Assembly (NCBI GenBank): GCA_964482715.1
Contig: CAYZYX010000004.1
Location: 1 to 61,330 of the forward strand
DNA length: 61,330 nucleotides
Origin: an uncultured Clostridia bacterium
GTDB lineage: Bacteria; Aerophobota; Aerophobia; Aerophobales; B3-G15
Reading direction: 5' to 3'
Made by a program: the position numbers and the translations under genes. This document shows, in pieces, positions 25,071 through 34,647 of this stretch. Every line of letters starts with the position of its first letter. Position 1 is the first letter of the stretch. The notes under the pieces were generated by a model. It had not been told where the DNA came from. It made no database searches and was given only the letters and a program-made list of their open reading frames with translations.

Positions 25071-26054
25071 ATGCAAGAGGGTGAATTTGATTTTATCCGG
25101 CAAATCAGAAAACTTGTGGCTGATTCCAAAAAGAGAACTCTAATAGGAATCGGAGATGATGCGGCTGTTATAAGGGGAAGAAGAAAGAGAGTCTATCTTT
25201 TTACTACTGACACTTTAGTTGAGGATGTTCACTTTAAGTGGAGGTTTACAACTGCCCGGCAAATTGGGTGGCGAGCTCTGGCAGTAAATGTCTCCGATAT
25301 TGCTGCCATGGGGGGCTGTCCAGCAGTTGCTCTTGTGACACTGGGACTTCCACGAGGTACCTCCAGTAGCAAAATTGATGAAATTTACAGAGGAATATTA
25401 GATCTATCCTCAAGATTAGACATAGAGATAGCCGGAGGGGATATTGTTCGTTCCCCTATTTTTTTTATTACTATATCTCTCCTGGGAGAAGCCGAAGCTG
25501 ACAAAGTAGTCTTGAGAAAAGGGGCAAAGCCCGGAGATATTATTTATGTTACCGGCTCGATAGGTTCAGCAGCTACCGGACTTATTTGTCTTATGCGGAA
25601 GGATGTTCCTTTAAGAAGTGAGGTGAGAGATTTTCTGGAAGGAAAATGGCTTTTTCCTATTCCAAAAGTGGAAGAAGCCCGTCAAATTGCCACCAGAAAC
25701 TTATCCACGGCAATGATTGATATAAGCGATGGATTGAGTGCCGATCTTTATCACATTCTTGAAGAAAGTGAAGTTGGAGCAGAATTATGGATGAATAAAA
25801 TCCCTGTCGATGAGCGGACAAAGGAAGCTCTTCCTAAGTTAGGTAAATCATTTTATGATGTTGTGCTGGAAGGAGGGGAGGACTATGAGCTTCTATTTAC
25901 TTCCTCGGCAGACAGAGATGTTGAAAAAAGCCTTGATTTTCCTGTTTGTGCTATTGGAAAGATTGTTCCTGACAGGCTAAAACTGTGGCTCATTGACGAG
26001 AAAGGTGAAAAAAGAGAAATTTTTCCCAGAGGATGGGACCATTTTTTATCCTGA
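25071..26054 (+). CDS. thiL: Thiamine-monophosphate kinase
   Basis: 'GIGDDAAV', 'TDTLVEDVHF', 'NVSDIAAMGG', 'MIDISDGL', 'GGEDYELLFT', 'GWDHF'. Confidence 0.95.
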   Translation: MQEGEFDFIRQIRKLVADSKKRTLIGIGDDAAVIRGRRKRVYLFTTDTLVEDVHFKWRFTTARQIGWRALAVNVSDIAAMGGCPAVALVTLGLPRGTSSSKIDEIYRGILDLSSRLDIEIAGGDIVRSPIFFITISLLGEAEADKVVLRKGAKPGDIIYVTGSIGSAATGLICLMRKDVPLRSEVRDFLEGKWLFPIPKVEEARQIATRNLSTAMIDISDGLSADLYHILEESEVGAELWMNKIPVDERTKEALPKLGKSFYDVVLEGGEDYELLFTSSADRDVEKSLDFPVCAIGKIVPDRLKLWLIDEKGEKREIFPRGWDHFLS

Positions 26055-26095
26055 ATGCCAAATTATTACCAGTATCAGTTTAGCTTCTGAAATTA

Positions 26096-26174
26096 GGACA
26101 GTTTTTCTCATGAAGATAAAGGCTCCCTGAGATACCCGGGAGCCTGAAGAAAAAGATACAGGTAAAAACTGTCC
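26096..26174. repeat. 79-bp element with 11-bp terminal inverted repeats and an internal hairpin
   Basis: GGACAGTTTTT...AAAAACTGTCC enclosing AGGCTCCC/GGGAGCCT. Confidence 0.55.
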
Positions 26175-26196
26175 CGATGTGAGGGTTGGGCTTTGC

Positions 26197-26224
26197 TTGA
26201 CATAGAGGTGAAACTAACTATCAT
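26197..26224 (+). promoter_or_regulatory. sigma70 promoter of the gap operon
   Basis: TTGACA-16 nt-TATCAT. Confidence 0.6.
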
Positions 26225-26273
26225 ATAGATTTAAATCTGTCTCAATTATTTTGATGTTAAAAGGAGGTAGCAA

Positions 26274-27284
26274 ATGGCAAAAGTAGCTATAAACGGATTT
26301 GGGAGAATCGGCAGGCTTACCCTGAGAGCGGCTCTGGATAAAGGTTCCAATCTTGAATTTGTTGCTGTAAACGACCTGGTAGATGCAAAAACTCTGGCTC
26401 ATCTTTTCAAGTGGGATTCTGTTCATGGACCTTATCGTGGAGAAGTAAAATCAGAAGGAGATTATCTGGTAATTGATGGAAATAAAATCCAGGTCTGTTC
26501 AGAAAAAGATCCTGGTAAACTTCCCTGGAAGGATCTTGGAGTCGACATTGTAATAGAATCAACCGGCATTTTTAGAAAAAAAGAGCAGGCTGCCCTTCAT
26601 CTCGAGGCAGGGGCTAAAAAGGTAATTATCACTGCACCTGCCAGAGGTGGTGAGGTTCCTACTTTTGTGATGGGTGTTAATGAATCTTCCTATGATCCGT
26701 CTAATCATGATGTTGTTTCCAATGCGAGCTGTACCACTAACTGTCTTGCCCCTATAGCCAAGGTTCTGATGGACAATTTTGGAATAAAAAGAGGTATTAT
26801 GACCACCATCCATGCCTATACCAATGACCAGATGTTACTGGATGGTCCCCACAAGGATCTGAGGAGGGCAAGAGCAGCAGCTATGGCTATGGTTCCCACA
26901 ACTACAGGTGCAGCTGAGGCAGTTGGAAAAGTGATTCCCGAGCTAAATGGTAAATTAACGGGAGTTGCTATAAGAGTTCCCACTCCTGATGTTTCCCTTG
27001 TTGATCTGGTTGCAGAGCTTGACAGGGACGTTACGGTTGATGAAATTAATGCTGCCTTCAAGAAGGCAAGTGAGGGAGAGCTTGAAGGAATTCTCGTCTA
27101 TTGTGAAGAGCCTCTTGTCTCTGTTGATTTCACTACCAATCCTGCTTCTTGCATATTTGATGCTCTCTCGACAAGGGTCATTGAGAAGCGAATGACTAAA
27201 GTATTTGGATGGTATGATAATGAATGGGGATACTCTTACAGAGTGATAGACCTTGCCGAGTATATGGCAGAGAAAATGAGTTGA
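26274..27284 (+). CDS. gap: Glyceraldehyde-3-phosphate dehydrogenase, type I
   Basis: 'INGFGRIGR', '[12 protein letters not shown]', 'WYDNEWGYS'. Confidence 0.98.
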   Translation: MAKVAINGFGRIGRLTLRAALDKGSNLEFVAVNDLVDAKTLAHLFKWDSVHGPYRGEVKSEGDYLVIDGNKIQVCSEKDPGKLPWKDLGVDIVIESTGIFRKKEQAALHLEAGAKKVIITAPARGGEVPTFVMGVNESSYDPSNHDVVSNASCTTNCLAPIAKVLMDNFGIKRGIMTTIHAYTNDQMLLDGPHKDLRRARAAAMAMVPTTTGAAEAVGKVIPELNGKLTGVAIRVPTPDVSLVDLVAELDRDVTVDEINAAFKKASEGELEGILVYCEEPLVSVDFTTNPASCIFDALSTRVIEKRMTKVFGWYDNEWGYSYRVIDLAEYMAEKMS

Positions 27285-27294
27285 GGAGTATAAA

Positions 27295-28491
27295 ATGACC
27301 AAACTTTCTGTCCGGGATGTTGACCTTTCGGGTAAGAAAGTATTGATGCGGGTTGATTTTAATGTTTCACTGGACAAGAAAACTGGCGAAATTACTGATG
27401 ATACGAGAATAAGGGCAGCTCTTCCCACTATAAAGTATGTGCTGGACCAGGGTGCATCTCTTATACTCATGTCTCATCTTGGAAGACCCAAGGGAAAAGT
27501 GGTTCCTGAATTAAAAATGGATGGAGTAGCCGAGCGTCTCTCCCAGCTTTTAAATAAAAAAGTAAAAAAACTGGATGCCTGCGTTGGAAATGAGGTAAAA
27601 GCGGCTGTTTCTGCACTAAAACCTGGTGAAGTGATCCTGCTGGAAAATACTCGCTTTTATCCCGAAGAAACCAGTAATGACCCGGATTTTGCCCGCGAAC
27701 TTGCCAGTTTAGGGGACATTTTTGTCAACGATGCTTTTGGAACTGCCCACCGGGCTCATGCTTCAACTGTTGGTGTGGCTAAGTATTTACCTGCTGTAGC
27801 CGGACTTCTCATGTCTAAGGAACTCGAGATCCTTGGTGGTATTTTAACCAATCCCACTCCTCCCTTTTTTGCTATTCTGGGTGGTGCTAAAGTTTCCGAC
27901 AAGATAGGGGTTCTCAAGAATCTTTTAAATAAGTGCCAGAAAATTCTTATTGGTGGCGGAATGGCTTATACCTTCCTGCGAGCACAGAATCTTCCTACCG
28001 GAAAATCGCTGGTGGAGGAAGATAAAATAACTGAAGCTTCGGGAATTTTGGAAGAAGCTAAAAAAACAGGGTGCGAGATTGTTCTTCCGCTTGATCACGT
28101 TGTAGCTCCAGAGCCAAAATCAGGTGTAGAGATAAAGGTTGTAGATAAAGAAAAGATTCCTGCAGAGTGGATGGCTCTTGATATAGGACCGATAACTGTA
28201 GAGAGATTTAATCAGCTTATTGAACAGGCTAAAACCATCTTCTGGAATGGACCGCTGGGATATTTTGAAATAGATGAGTTCAGCAAGGGAACAAGAGAAA
28301 TAGCCAGAAAACTTGCTCAGGTGGAAGCCACAGTTGTAGTAGGAGGTGGAGACTCCATAGCTGCCTTAAGGAAAGAAAATCTTCTTGACAAAATGACCCA
28401 CGTTTCAACAGGTGGAGGAGCATCCCTTGAGTTTCTTGAGGGAAAAGAACTTCCCGGGGTAGCTGTATTGAAAGACAAAGAGGAGGGATAG
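27295..28491 (+). CDS. pgk: Phosphoglycerate kinase
   Basis: 'RVDFNV', 'SHLGRP', '[12 protein letters not shown]', '[13 protein letters not shown]'. Confidence 0.98.
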   Translation: MTKLSVRDVDLSGKKVLMRVDFNVSLDKKTGEITDDTRIRAALPTIKYVLDQGASLILMSHLGRPKGKVVPELKMDGVAERLSQLLNKKVKKLDACVGNEVKAAVSALKPGEVILLENTRFYPEETSNDPDFARELASLGDIFVNDAFGTAHRAHASTVGVAKYLPAVAGLLMSKELEILGGILTNPTPPFFAILGGAKVSDKIGVLKNLLNKCQKILIGGGMAYTFLRAQNLPTGKSLVEEDKITEASGILEEAKKTGCEIVLPLDHVVAPEPKSGVEIKVVDKEKIPAEWMALDIGPITVERFNQLIEQAKTIFWNGPLGYFEIDEFSKGTREIARKLAQVEATVVVGGGDSIAALRKENLLDKMTHVSTGGGASLEFLEGKELPGVAVLKDKEEG

Positions 28492-28492
28492 A

Positions 28493-29251
28493 TTGCGAAA
28501 ACCCATCATTGGTGGCAACTGGAAAATGAACAAAACTTTGAAGGAAGCGATTGATTTGGCTGAGGAACTGGTGTTAAGTCTTAAAGACTATGATCCGGTG
28601 GAAGTGGTTATTTTCCCACCTTTTACCTGTCTACACGAAGTGCATAAGATTGTGGAAGGGACATCAATTGGGTTAGGGGCGCAAAACATGTTCTGGGAGG
28701 AAAAGGGGGCTTATACGGGAGAAATATCGCCTTCCATGCTGGTTGATGTTGGATGTAGCTATGTCATTCTTGGCCATTCGGAAAGAAGAAACTATTTTAA
28801 GGAGACAGATGCCGAGATCAATAAGAAGATAAAAGCCGCCCTAAAGTTTGATTTAACACCAGTTGTCTGTGTTGGGGAAAAGCTGGAGGAGAGAAAAAAG
28901 GGTCTTGCTGAAAAAGTGGTAGAATCTCAACTTAAAGGGTGTTTTTCCGGACTTGATCCCTCCCAGATTGAAAGGGTTGTTATAGCCTATGAGCCGGTTT
29001 GGGCTATTGGAACTGGTGAAACAGCAACTCCTGAACAAGCTCAGAAGATACATGAGTTCATCAGAAAGGTTTTGAGGGAACTTGCAGGAGAAAAAGTGGC
29101 AAATTCTGTTCGGGTTAAATACGGGGGTAGTGTTAAACCAGATAATATAAAAGACCTCATGGCTGAAGAAGATATTGACGGAGCTTTAGTTGGTGGAGCC
29201 AGTTTAAATTTAGACTCCTTTATAAAGATAGTAAAATACAGGGAGATTTAA
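28493..29251 (+). CDS. tpiA: Triosephosphate isomerase
   Basis: 'GNWKMN', 'GHSERR', '[11 protein letters not shown]', 'YGGSV'; TTG start. Confidence 0.98.
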   Translation: MRKPIIGGNWKMNKTLKEAIDLAEELVLSLKDYDPVEVVIFPPFTCLHEVHKIVEGTSIGLGAQNMFWEEKGAYTGEISPSMLVDVGCSYVILGHSERRNYFKETDAEINKKIKAALKFDLTPVVCVGEKLEERKKGLAEKVVESQLKGCFSGLDPSQIERVVIAYEPVWAIGTGETATPEQAQKIHEFIRKVLRELAGEKVANSVRVKYGGSVKPDNIKDLMAEEDIDGALVGGASLNLDSFIKIVKYREI

Positions 29252-29565
29252 TGGGAGCGCTTTTAATTGTTCAGATAATTGTTTGTGTTTTGTTGATAGG
29301 AGCTGTTTTGCTTCAGGTTGGTAGAGGTGCAAGTACTGGGGCTTCTTTTGGAGGGGGAGTTGGGGCTTTTTTTGGTCCTTCCGGAGAGGTCACTTTCTTA
29401 GGTAAGGTGATTATAGTCTTAAGTATAATATTTGTGGTTAACACGGTACTTCTTTACATTTTCTCTCGAAAAACTCCTCCTCCTCTTCCAGCAGAACAGA
29501 CTTCTCAGATGATTGAATACTTAAGATACGCTTTCAGTATCCAGGGAAAGATGATCGTATCTTAA
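29251..29565 (+). CDS. secG: Preprotein translocase subunit SecG
   Basis: Two TM helices separated by 'LLQVGRGASTGASFGGG'; typical position after tpiA. Confidence 0.88.
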   Translation: MGALLIVQIIVCVLLIGAVLLQVGRGASTGASFGGGVGAFFGPSGEVTFLGKVIIVLSIIFVVNTVLLYIFSRKTPPPLPAEQTSQMIEYLRYAFSIQGKMIVS

Positions 29566-30712
29566 AACAGCTTTTTTCTCCCGCTTTTTTCTGGATGAAA
29601 AGGCGAGGTACCCTTTTTTTATCTACCATGGTGACAACTTCATAGACAATCGTTCCTATTTTTTTAGCTACCTCATTCAGAGAAATAAATTCATTTTCTT
29701 GTTTTCCCCATAAAACTGCCTCGTCTCCCACCTGAACTTCGGGAATATCAGTAACATCAATCATACAATGATCCATGCAGATTCTTCCAATAATGGGCAC
29801 ACGCTTGCCCTTAACTAAAACCTGACCCCGATTGGATAAAACGCGGGGAAGACCATCAGCATACCCTATTGGGAGAGTGGCAACCAGTGTAGACCTTTTG
29901 GCCTCAAAAGTACCACCATAGCTTACCCTGGCTCCTGGTGGGATTTTTCTTAGAGAGATAATTTTAGTTTTTAGGGTGGATATCTGCTGGAGGGGCAGTC
30001 TATTTTTTACATTTTCTGAAGGATAGGAACCGTAAATGGCAATTCCTGGTCTTACCATATCAAGATGCAAGGAGGGGCAATCCAAAAGTGTGGCACTATC
30101 GGCAACATGAGTTAAAGGAATATTAATTTTTTGTTTTTTCAGTTTTTCTAAAACCTGTTTAAATCTTCCAAATTGTTCGTAAGTTGAAGTCTTATTGATC
30201 TCTCCGGAAGAAGTAAAATGAGTGAATATCCCTTCCAGTATAAGGTCAGGAAAGCTGGTGATTTTTGTAACAAGATGAAAAGCTTTCTCTACCTGAACCC
30301 CCATCCTTGACATACCTGTATCCACATTAATATGCACCTTCACCTTTTTGCCATAGTTTCTGGCAATTTGTGACAGCTTCTCCGCCACCTCAATTTCCCC
30401 CAGACCGGCCGTTAAATCATAGTAAATGAGAGCCTCCAGATCATCTTGAGTAGAAACTCCCAGAATAAGAACAGGTACGTTAATACCGGCCTCTCTTAAT
30501 TCAGCACCCTCCTCCCAGGTGGCAACAGCAAGTCTTGTTGCTCCATTCTTGAGAGCAACTCGAGAAACCTCTACCGCACCATGACCGTAGGCATTAGCTT
30601 TGACTACTGCCATTAATTCCGTTTTGGCTCCTATACGAGATTTGAGTAATCTTACATTATTGGCGATAGCATCAACATCTATCTCCAGCCAGGTTGGACG
30701 CAGGTTAAACAT
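29534..30712 (-). CDS. alr: Alanine racemase
   Basis: 'AVVKANAYGHG' (PLP Lys), 'VDTGMSRMG', 'IGYADG', 'GRICMD'. Confidence 0.96.
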   Translation of the reverse strand: MFNLRPTWLEIDVDAIANNVRLLKSRIGAKTELMAVVKANAYGHGAVEVSRVALKNGATRLAVATWEEGAELREAGINVPVLILGVSTQDDLEALIYYDLTAGLGEIEVAEKLSQIARNYGKKVKVHINVDTGMSRMGVQVEKAFHLVTKITSFPDLILEGIFTHFTSSGEINKTSTYEQFGRFKQVLEKLKKQKINIPLTHVADSATLLDCPSLHLDMVRPGIAIYGSYPSENVKNRLPLQQISTLKTKIISLRKIPPGARVSYGGTFEAKRSTLVATLPIGYADGLPRVLSNRGQVLVKGKRVPIIGRICMDHCMIDVTDIPEVQVGDEAVLWGKQENEFISLNEVAKKIGTIVYEVVTMVDKKRVPRLFIQKKAGEKSCFKIRSSFPGY

Positions 30713-30803
30713 TTCTTTTTCCTAACTTACCTTTTTACCAATCCCATATAATTAAATATTCCCGATAAAAGTCAAGAGAATTTCTGGTTGAGACTCCAGT
30801 TGT

Positions 30804-30831
30804 TTGACTTTAGGATTTTTTCTGGTATAAA
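30804..30831 (+). promoter_or_regulatory. Putative sigma70 promoter
   Basis: TTGACT-16 nt-TATAAA with TGn extension. Confidence 0.55.
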
Positions 30832-30852
30832 GATCTGTTCACCTCGAATAAA

Positions 30853-31234
30853 ATGAAGTTAAAACATTCTCTAAAGATAGGCTTTAGTTTTGGTTTGGCC
30901 TCCGGAATAATCACCACACTTGGTTTAATTGTGGGTCTTCACTCCGGAACCCATTCTAAAAAAGTGGTTATCGGAGGTATATTGACCATAGCTATTGCTG
31001 ATGCTTTTTCTGATGCTTTGGGCATTCATCTTTCCCATTATTTTTTTAGACTTTCCTTTATCAATTGGAGTAAGCATAATCTGGGGGTTTTCATTACTCA
31101 GTATATTTAGTTTCTGTATGGCAAGACACCAGAAAGTGAAACCCTGGAAGGTGATTGCAGAGCATCTGATTATTGCCTCAGTGGTGATTGTTATAGCCCA
31201 TTATGCGGGGGACTTAATTTCTAAATTTTTCTAA
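30853..31234 (+). pseudogene. VIT1/CCC1-like membrane protein pseudogene (deletion plus frameshift)
   Basis: 'GFSFGLASGIITTLGL..IAIADAFSDALGIHLS' in one frame; C-terminal 'IIWGFSLL..KPWKVIAEHL' in another. Confidence 0.65.
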
Positions 31235-31247
31235 TATTGCCAAAAAA

Positions 31248-31940
31248 TTACTTTTGACAGGCCTCTATCGCCTTTTTGACTATACTCATGGTTATATTTG
31301 CCGAGTAATGCAGGAGAGAATCTTTAAACCCGACTCCCACTTTAGTTGAAGCGAGGCAGGGATAATAGTGGTGGAAAAGCGCTGCTTTTCTTTCTGCCTC
31401 ATCAACATGAATCCCCACGAGTTTTTGTGCGATAAATTTTGTGCATCCGCAGGGAGTTCCCCGGTGAATTGTAACTTTGCTGATTTTTCCAGCATTGCAG
31501 ACCACAGTAATCTCCGGTTTGCCGAAAAATCTGGCAAATGCTCTTATATATTCGTTATTACTGGACTTATCAGTGAGACAGCAAAAAGGTGAGGGGAAGA
31601 CAGAGTCAACCTGAAGACTACTTAATTCTTTTTTTATTTGATTTTTAAGTCCTGCAGGTAACCAGCCTGGATTATCACAGGGTAAAATAGCTGCTTTTGC
31701 TCTTGATAGCTTCACAAGATCCGGGATAAGTTCTGCTACTCCCGGATTTTCACCCAGCGAGAGAAGAAGATCAACCTGGGGAATAGTTTCAGGTAAAAAT
31801 TCCTCTGGTTCATCAATAACCGGTGGAAGGCGAGAAGGAACTTCCTGGATGTAAAACCTCCAGACTTTGGGAGCATGAGAGGAAAGGTTATCAACTATTC
31901 TCTTACCGTAATTTCCCTGAATTACTACCAATATACGCAT
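31248..31940 (-). CDS. DUF166 family protein
   Basis: 'G.YG.RI', 'IDEPEEFLP', 'P.PFC.L', 'RGTPCGCT.FIA', 'HHYYPCLAS'. Confidence 0.75.
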   Translation of the reverse strand: MRILVVIQGNYGKRIVDNLSSHAPKVWRFYIQEVPSRLPPVIDEPEEFLPETIPQVDLLLSLGENPGVAELIPDLVKLSRAKAAILPCDNPGWLPAGLKNQIKKELSSLQVDSVFPSPFCCLTDKSSNNEYIRAFARFFGKPEITVVCNAGKISKVTIHRGTPCGCTKFIAQKLVGIHVDEAERKAALFHHYYPCLASTKVGVGFKDSLLHYSANITMSIVKKAIEACQK

Positions 31941-32056
31941 TCTACTTTACATTATAGCAAATTTGAATCTATTTGAAAGTGCTCCACCCCTCAAGAGAGA
32001 TGGTACATCGTATCAGATCAAAATATGGAGTAACCTAAATAAAAATCATTGTATAA

Positions 32057-32084
32057 TTGACAAAATTTTTTTTTGTGGTATAAA
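32057..32084 (+). promoter_or_regulatory. sigma70 promoter of mtrB (probably leaderless)
   Basis: TTGACA-16 nt-TATAAA with TGn extension; ATG 9 nt downstream, no SD. Confidence 0.65.
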
Positions 32085-32093
32085 AATATCATC

Positions 32094-32345
32094 ATGGAAA
32101 AAGATATAGCTACTGAAGTTGTGGCTGCAGATTATATTGTGGTAAAAGCCCTGGAAAAAGGCGTTACTATTATCGGTTTAACTCGAGGAGAGCTAACCAA
32201 AATTCACCACACGGAAAAGCTTGATAAAGGTGAGATGATGGTGGCTCAGTTTACCGAGCACACATCAGCCATAAAAGTGAGGGGAAAAGCAGAAATTTTA
32301 ACCAAGTATGGAAAAGTTGTCCTGGAGGGTGAGGAAAAGGAGTAA
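32094..32345 (+). CDS. mtrB: trp RNA-binding attenuation protein TRAP
   Basis: 'DYIVVKALE.GV.IIGLTRG..TK.HHTEKLDKGE..VAQFTEHTSAIKVRGKA.I.T..G' matches the TRAP signature. Confidence 0.96.
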   Translation: MEKDIATEVVAADYIVVKALEKGVTIIGLTRGELTKIHHTEKLDKGEMMVAQFTEHTSAIKVRGKAEILTKYGKVVLEGEEKE

Positions 32346-32399
32346 GGATAAATAAAAATAGCAAAAGTCAATATTAGTTTGCATATTTTGACACTAAAA

Positions 32400-32464
32400 A
32401 AGGTGAGAGTAGGGTAGAAAAGATAAGTAAAGGAGAGAAAGAGATGAGGCTGCAGGAAAAGAAG
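32400..32464 (+). promoter_or_regulatory. TRAP-binding NAG repeat array (trp leader)
   Basis: NAG triplets at 32400, 05, 10, 15, 20, 25, 30, 35 (exact 5-nt period), then 41, 46, 53, 59/62. Confidence 0.85.
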
Positions 32465-32488
32465 GCCCGTCTCGGGCCATTTTTTTTT
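32464..32488 (+). terminator. trp attenuator terminator
   Basis: GGCCCG-TCT-CGGGCC-A-T9, 12 nt before the trpE ATG. Confidence 0.8.
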
Positions 32489-32500
32489 GAAAGTGGTAAC

Positions 32501-34003
32501 ATGGTTTATCCCTCAAGGGCTGAATTTGAGCGACTATCCAGAGAAAATAATTTGATCCCTCTTTATAGTGAAATTCTCGCCGATTTAGATACTCCTGTTT
32601 CTGCTTTTCTGAAGCTCGATGATGGGAACTACTCTTATCTCCTGGAGAGTGTTGAAAGAGGAGAAAAACTGGGCAGATATTCTTTTATCGGTATTGATCC
32701 TTTCCTCGTATTCCAGAGCATGAGCAGAAAAGCCTCTGTCTTCTACCCTACAGGTAAAAGTGAAGAGTATGAGATAGATAAGGATCCTCTTGATTTTTTA
32801 AAGCAGATTATGAGAAGGTTCAGGGTCGTTTCATTGCCACAATTGCCCATTTTCTTTGGAGGAGCGGTTGGTTATGTGGGATACGATGTGATAAGATTCT
32901 GGGAGAAAATTCCTCATGTAGGAAAGGAAGATTTAAACCTGCCAGAGTGTTTTTTTATCTTAACAAAGAATGTGATTATTTTTGATCACCTTGACCATAA
33001 AATAAAACTTGTGGGTTATGCTTTTTTAAACGGAGAATCTCCAGCAAAAATCTATCAACAGACAGCTGAGAGGATCGAGAAGATAATTTATAAACTCTCT
33101 CGCCGTTTACCTCAAATTTCGCAGACAAGGGTTTGCCCTCAAAACAAGAGTCAGAAAGAAAAGGTTCTGTCTAATTTTACCCCTCAGGAATTTGAAGGTT
33201 GTGTAAGAGAAGCCAAAGAATTCATAAAAGCAGGTGACATTTTTCAGGTAGTTTTGTCTCAGAGATTCAGTAGAAAAATAGATGTTTCTCCTTTTGAAAT
33301 ATATCGAGTTCTAAGGTCTCTAAATCCATCTCCATACATGTATTATCTAAAATGTGGTGATTTTTCCCTGGTAGGTTCTTCGCCAGAGATACTTGTGCGT
33401 AAAGAGGGTAAACGAGTGGTTCTGAGACCTATTGCCGGGACAAGACCGAGGGGAAAAAGCGATCAGGAAGATACAAAATTAGCATCCAGCCTGTTGAATG
33501 ACGAAAAAGAAAAAGCAGAGCATATTATGTTGGTTGATCTTGGTCGTAATGATCTGGGAAGAGTTTGTCAGTATGGAACGGTAAAAGTTAAAGAGCTTTT
33601 TTCCCTGGAAAGATATTCTCACGTTATACATCTTGTATCTGAAGTAGAAGGGATGCTCAGGAAAGAGGTTGATCAGTTTGACCTTCTCCGGGCTTGTTTT
33701 CCAGCTGGGACTGTCTCTGGAGCTCCTAAGGTTAGAGCTATGCAGATAATAGAAGAGCTGGAGCCCTCTAAGCGGGGACCCTATGCAGGAGCCCTTGGAT
33801 ATTTTAGTTTTTCTGGAAACATGGATACCTGTATAATTATCAGAACTGTTATAGTGTCTGGTGATACAGCCTATATTCAAGCTGGAGCAGGAATTGTGGC
33901 TGATTCTATCCCTGAAAGAGAATTTGAAGAAACTCAGAACAAAGCAAAGGCTTTGATAAGAGCCATAGAAATTGCGGAGGAGAAAAAAGAATGGTTCTGG
34001 TAA
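32501..34003 (+). CDS. trpE: Anthranilate synthase component I
   Basis: 'LLESVE..GRYSFIG', 'GDIFQVVLSQ', 'NPSPYMY', 'PIAGTR.RG', 'AEHIMLVDLGRND'; start set at ATG 32501, after the attenuator. Confidence 0.96.
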   Translation: MVYPSRAEFERLSRENNLIPLYSEILADLDTPVSAFLKLDDGNYSYLLESVERGEKLGRYSFIGIDPFLVFQSMSRKASVFYPTGKSEEYEIDKDPLDFLKQIMRRFRVVSLPQLPIFFGGAVGYVGYDVIRFWEKIPHVGKEDLNLPECFFILTKNVIIFDHLDHKIKLVGYAFLNGESPAKIYQQTAERIEKIIYKLSRRLPQISQTRVCPQNKSQKEKVLSNFTPQEFEGCVREAKEFIKAGDIFQVVLSQRFSRKIDVSPFEIYRVLRSLNPSPYMYYLKCGDFSLVGSSPEILVRKEGKRVVLRPIAGTRPRGKSDQEDTKLASSLLNDEKEKAEHIMLVDLGRNDLGRVCQYGTVKVKELFSLERYSHVIHLVSEVEGMLRKEVDQFDLLRACFPAGTVSGAPKVRAMQIIEELEPSKRGPYAGALGYFSFSGNMDTCIIIRTVIVSGDTAYIQAGAGIVADSIPEREFEETQNKAKALIRAIEIAEEKKEWFW

Positions 34004-34596
34004 TTGATAACTATGATTCTTTTGTTTACAATCTGGTTCAGTATCTGGGTGAGATGGGTGAGGTGGTAGAGGTTTATCGCAATGACAGGATTTCTCTACA
34101 GGAGATAAAGCATAAAAATCCGAAAGCCATAGTGATTTCTCCAGGTCCTGGGAGACCTTCAGATGCTGGCATATCCAAGGCGGTAATTGAGTATTTTGCC
34201 GGTATTATTCCCATTCTGGGAGTCTGTTTGGGTCATCAGTGTATTGGGGAGGTCTTTGGAGCCAAAATAGTGCGAGCTAAAAATTTGATGCACGGAAAAA
34301 CCTCTCTAATCCACCATTGGGGTAAGGACATCTATCACGGAGTGGAAAATCCTTTTGTGGCTACACGTTATCATTCTCTGTTGATTAAGGAAGATACTCT
34401 TCCTTCCTGTCTGGTTTTAACTGCCTGGACAAAGGAAGAAGAGATTATGGGTATAAGACATAAAAAATATCCTATTTTTGGAATGCAATACCATCCTGAA
34501 TCTATTCTGACAAAAGTTGGAAAAAAACTTTTAAGGAATTTTCTAAGTTTAAAAGAGTGTATATATAAAAAGTTGTGGTTTATTCCTGAACCTTAA
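33991..34596 (+). CDS. trpG: Anthranilate synthase component II (glutamine amidotransferase)
   Basis: 'IDNYDSFVYNL', 'ISPGPG', 'GVCLGHQ', 'QYHPES'. Confidence 0.95.
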   Translation: MVLVIDNYDSFVYNLVQYLGEMGEVVEVYRNDRISLQEIKHKNPKAIVISPGPGRPSDAGISKAVIEYFAGIIPILGVCLGHQCIGEVFGAKIVRAKNLMHGKTSLIHHWGKDIYHGVENPFVATRYHSLLIKEDTLPSCLVLTAWTKEEEIMGIRHKKYPIFGMQYHPESILTKVGKKLLRNFLSLKECIYKKLWFIPEP

Positions 34597-34615
34597 ATAT
34601 ATAATTTTCTATTTT

Positions 34616-34642
34616 TAGCCGAGATTAGAAAGAAAAGAGTAG
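34616..34642 (+). promoter_or_regulatory. Second putative TRAP site over the trpD translation initiation region
   Basis: TAG-cc-GAG-at-TAG-a-AAG-aa-AAG-ag-TAG, ending 5 nt before ATG 34648. Confidence 0.55.
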
Positions 34643-34647
34643 TAAAA

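Noticed and set aside
24876-25103. ORFs 24883-25071(+) and 24876-25103(-)
   Set aside because: They overlap the tRNA-Gln gene and are spurious.
29534-29565. Convergent 3' overlap of secG and alr as antisense regulation
   Set aside because: A short tail-to-tail overlap of non-conserved C-terminal extensions is common; no further evidence.
32073-32093. GTG start for mtrB giving 'MWYKNII'
   Set aside because: It overlaps the -10 box; ATG 32094 fits TRAP length better.
32444-32500. 19-codon N-terminal extension of trpE, or a leader peptide
   Set aside because: It runs through the NAG array and terminator and has no Trp codons; TrpE similarity starts at ATG 32501.
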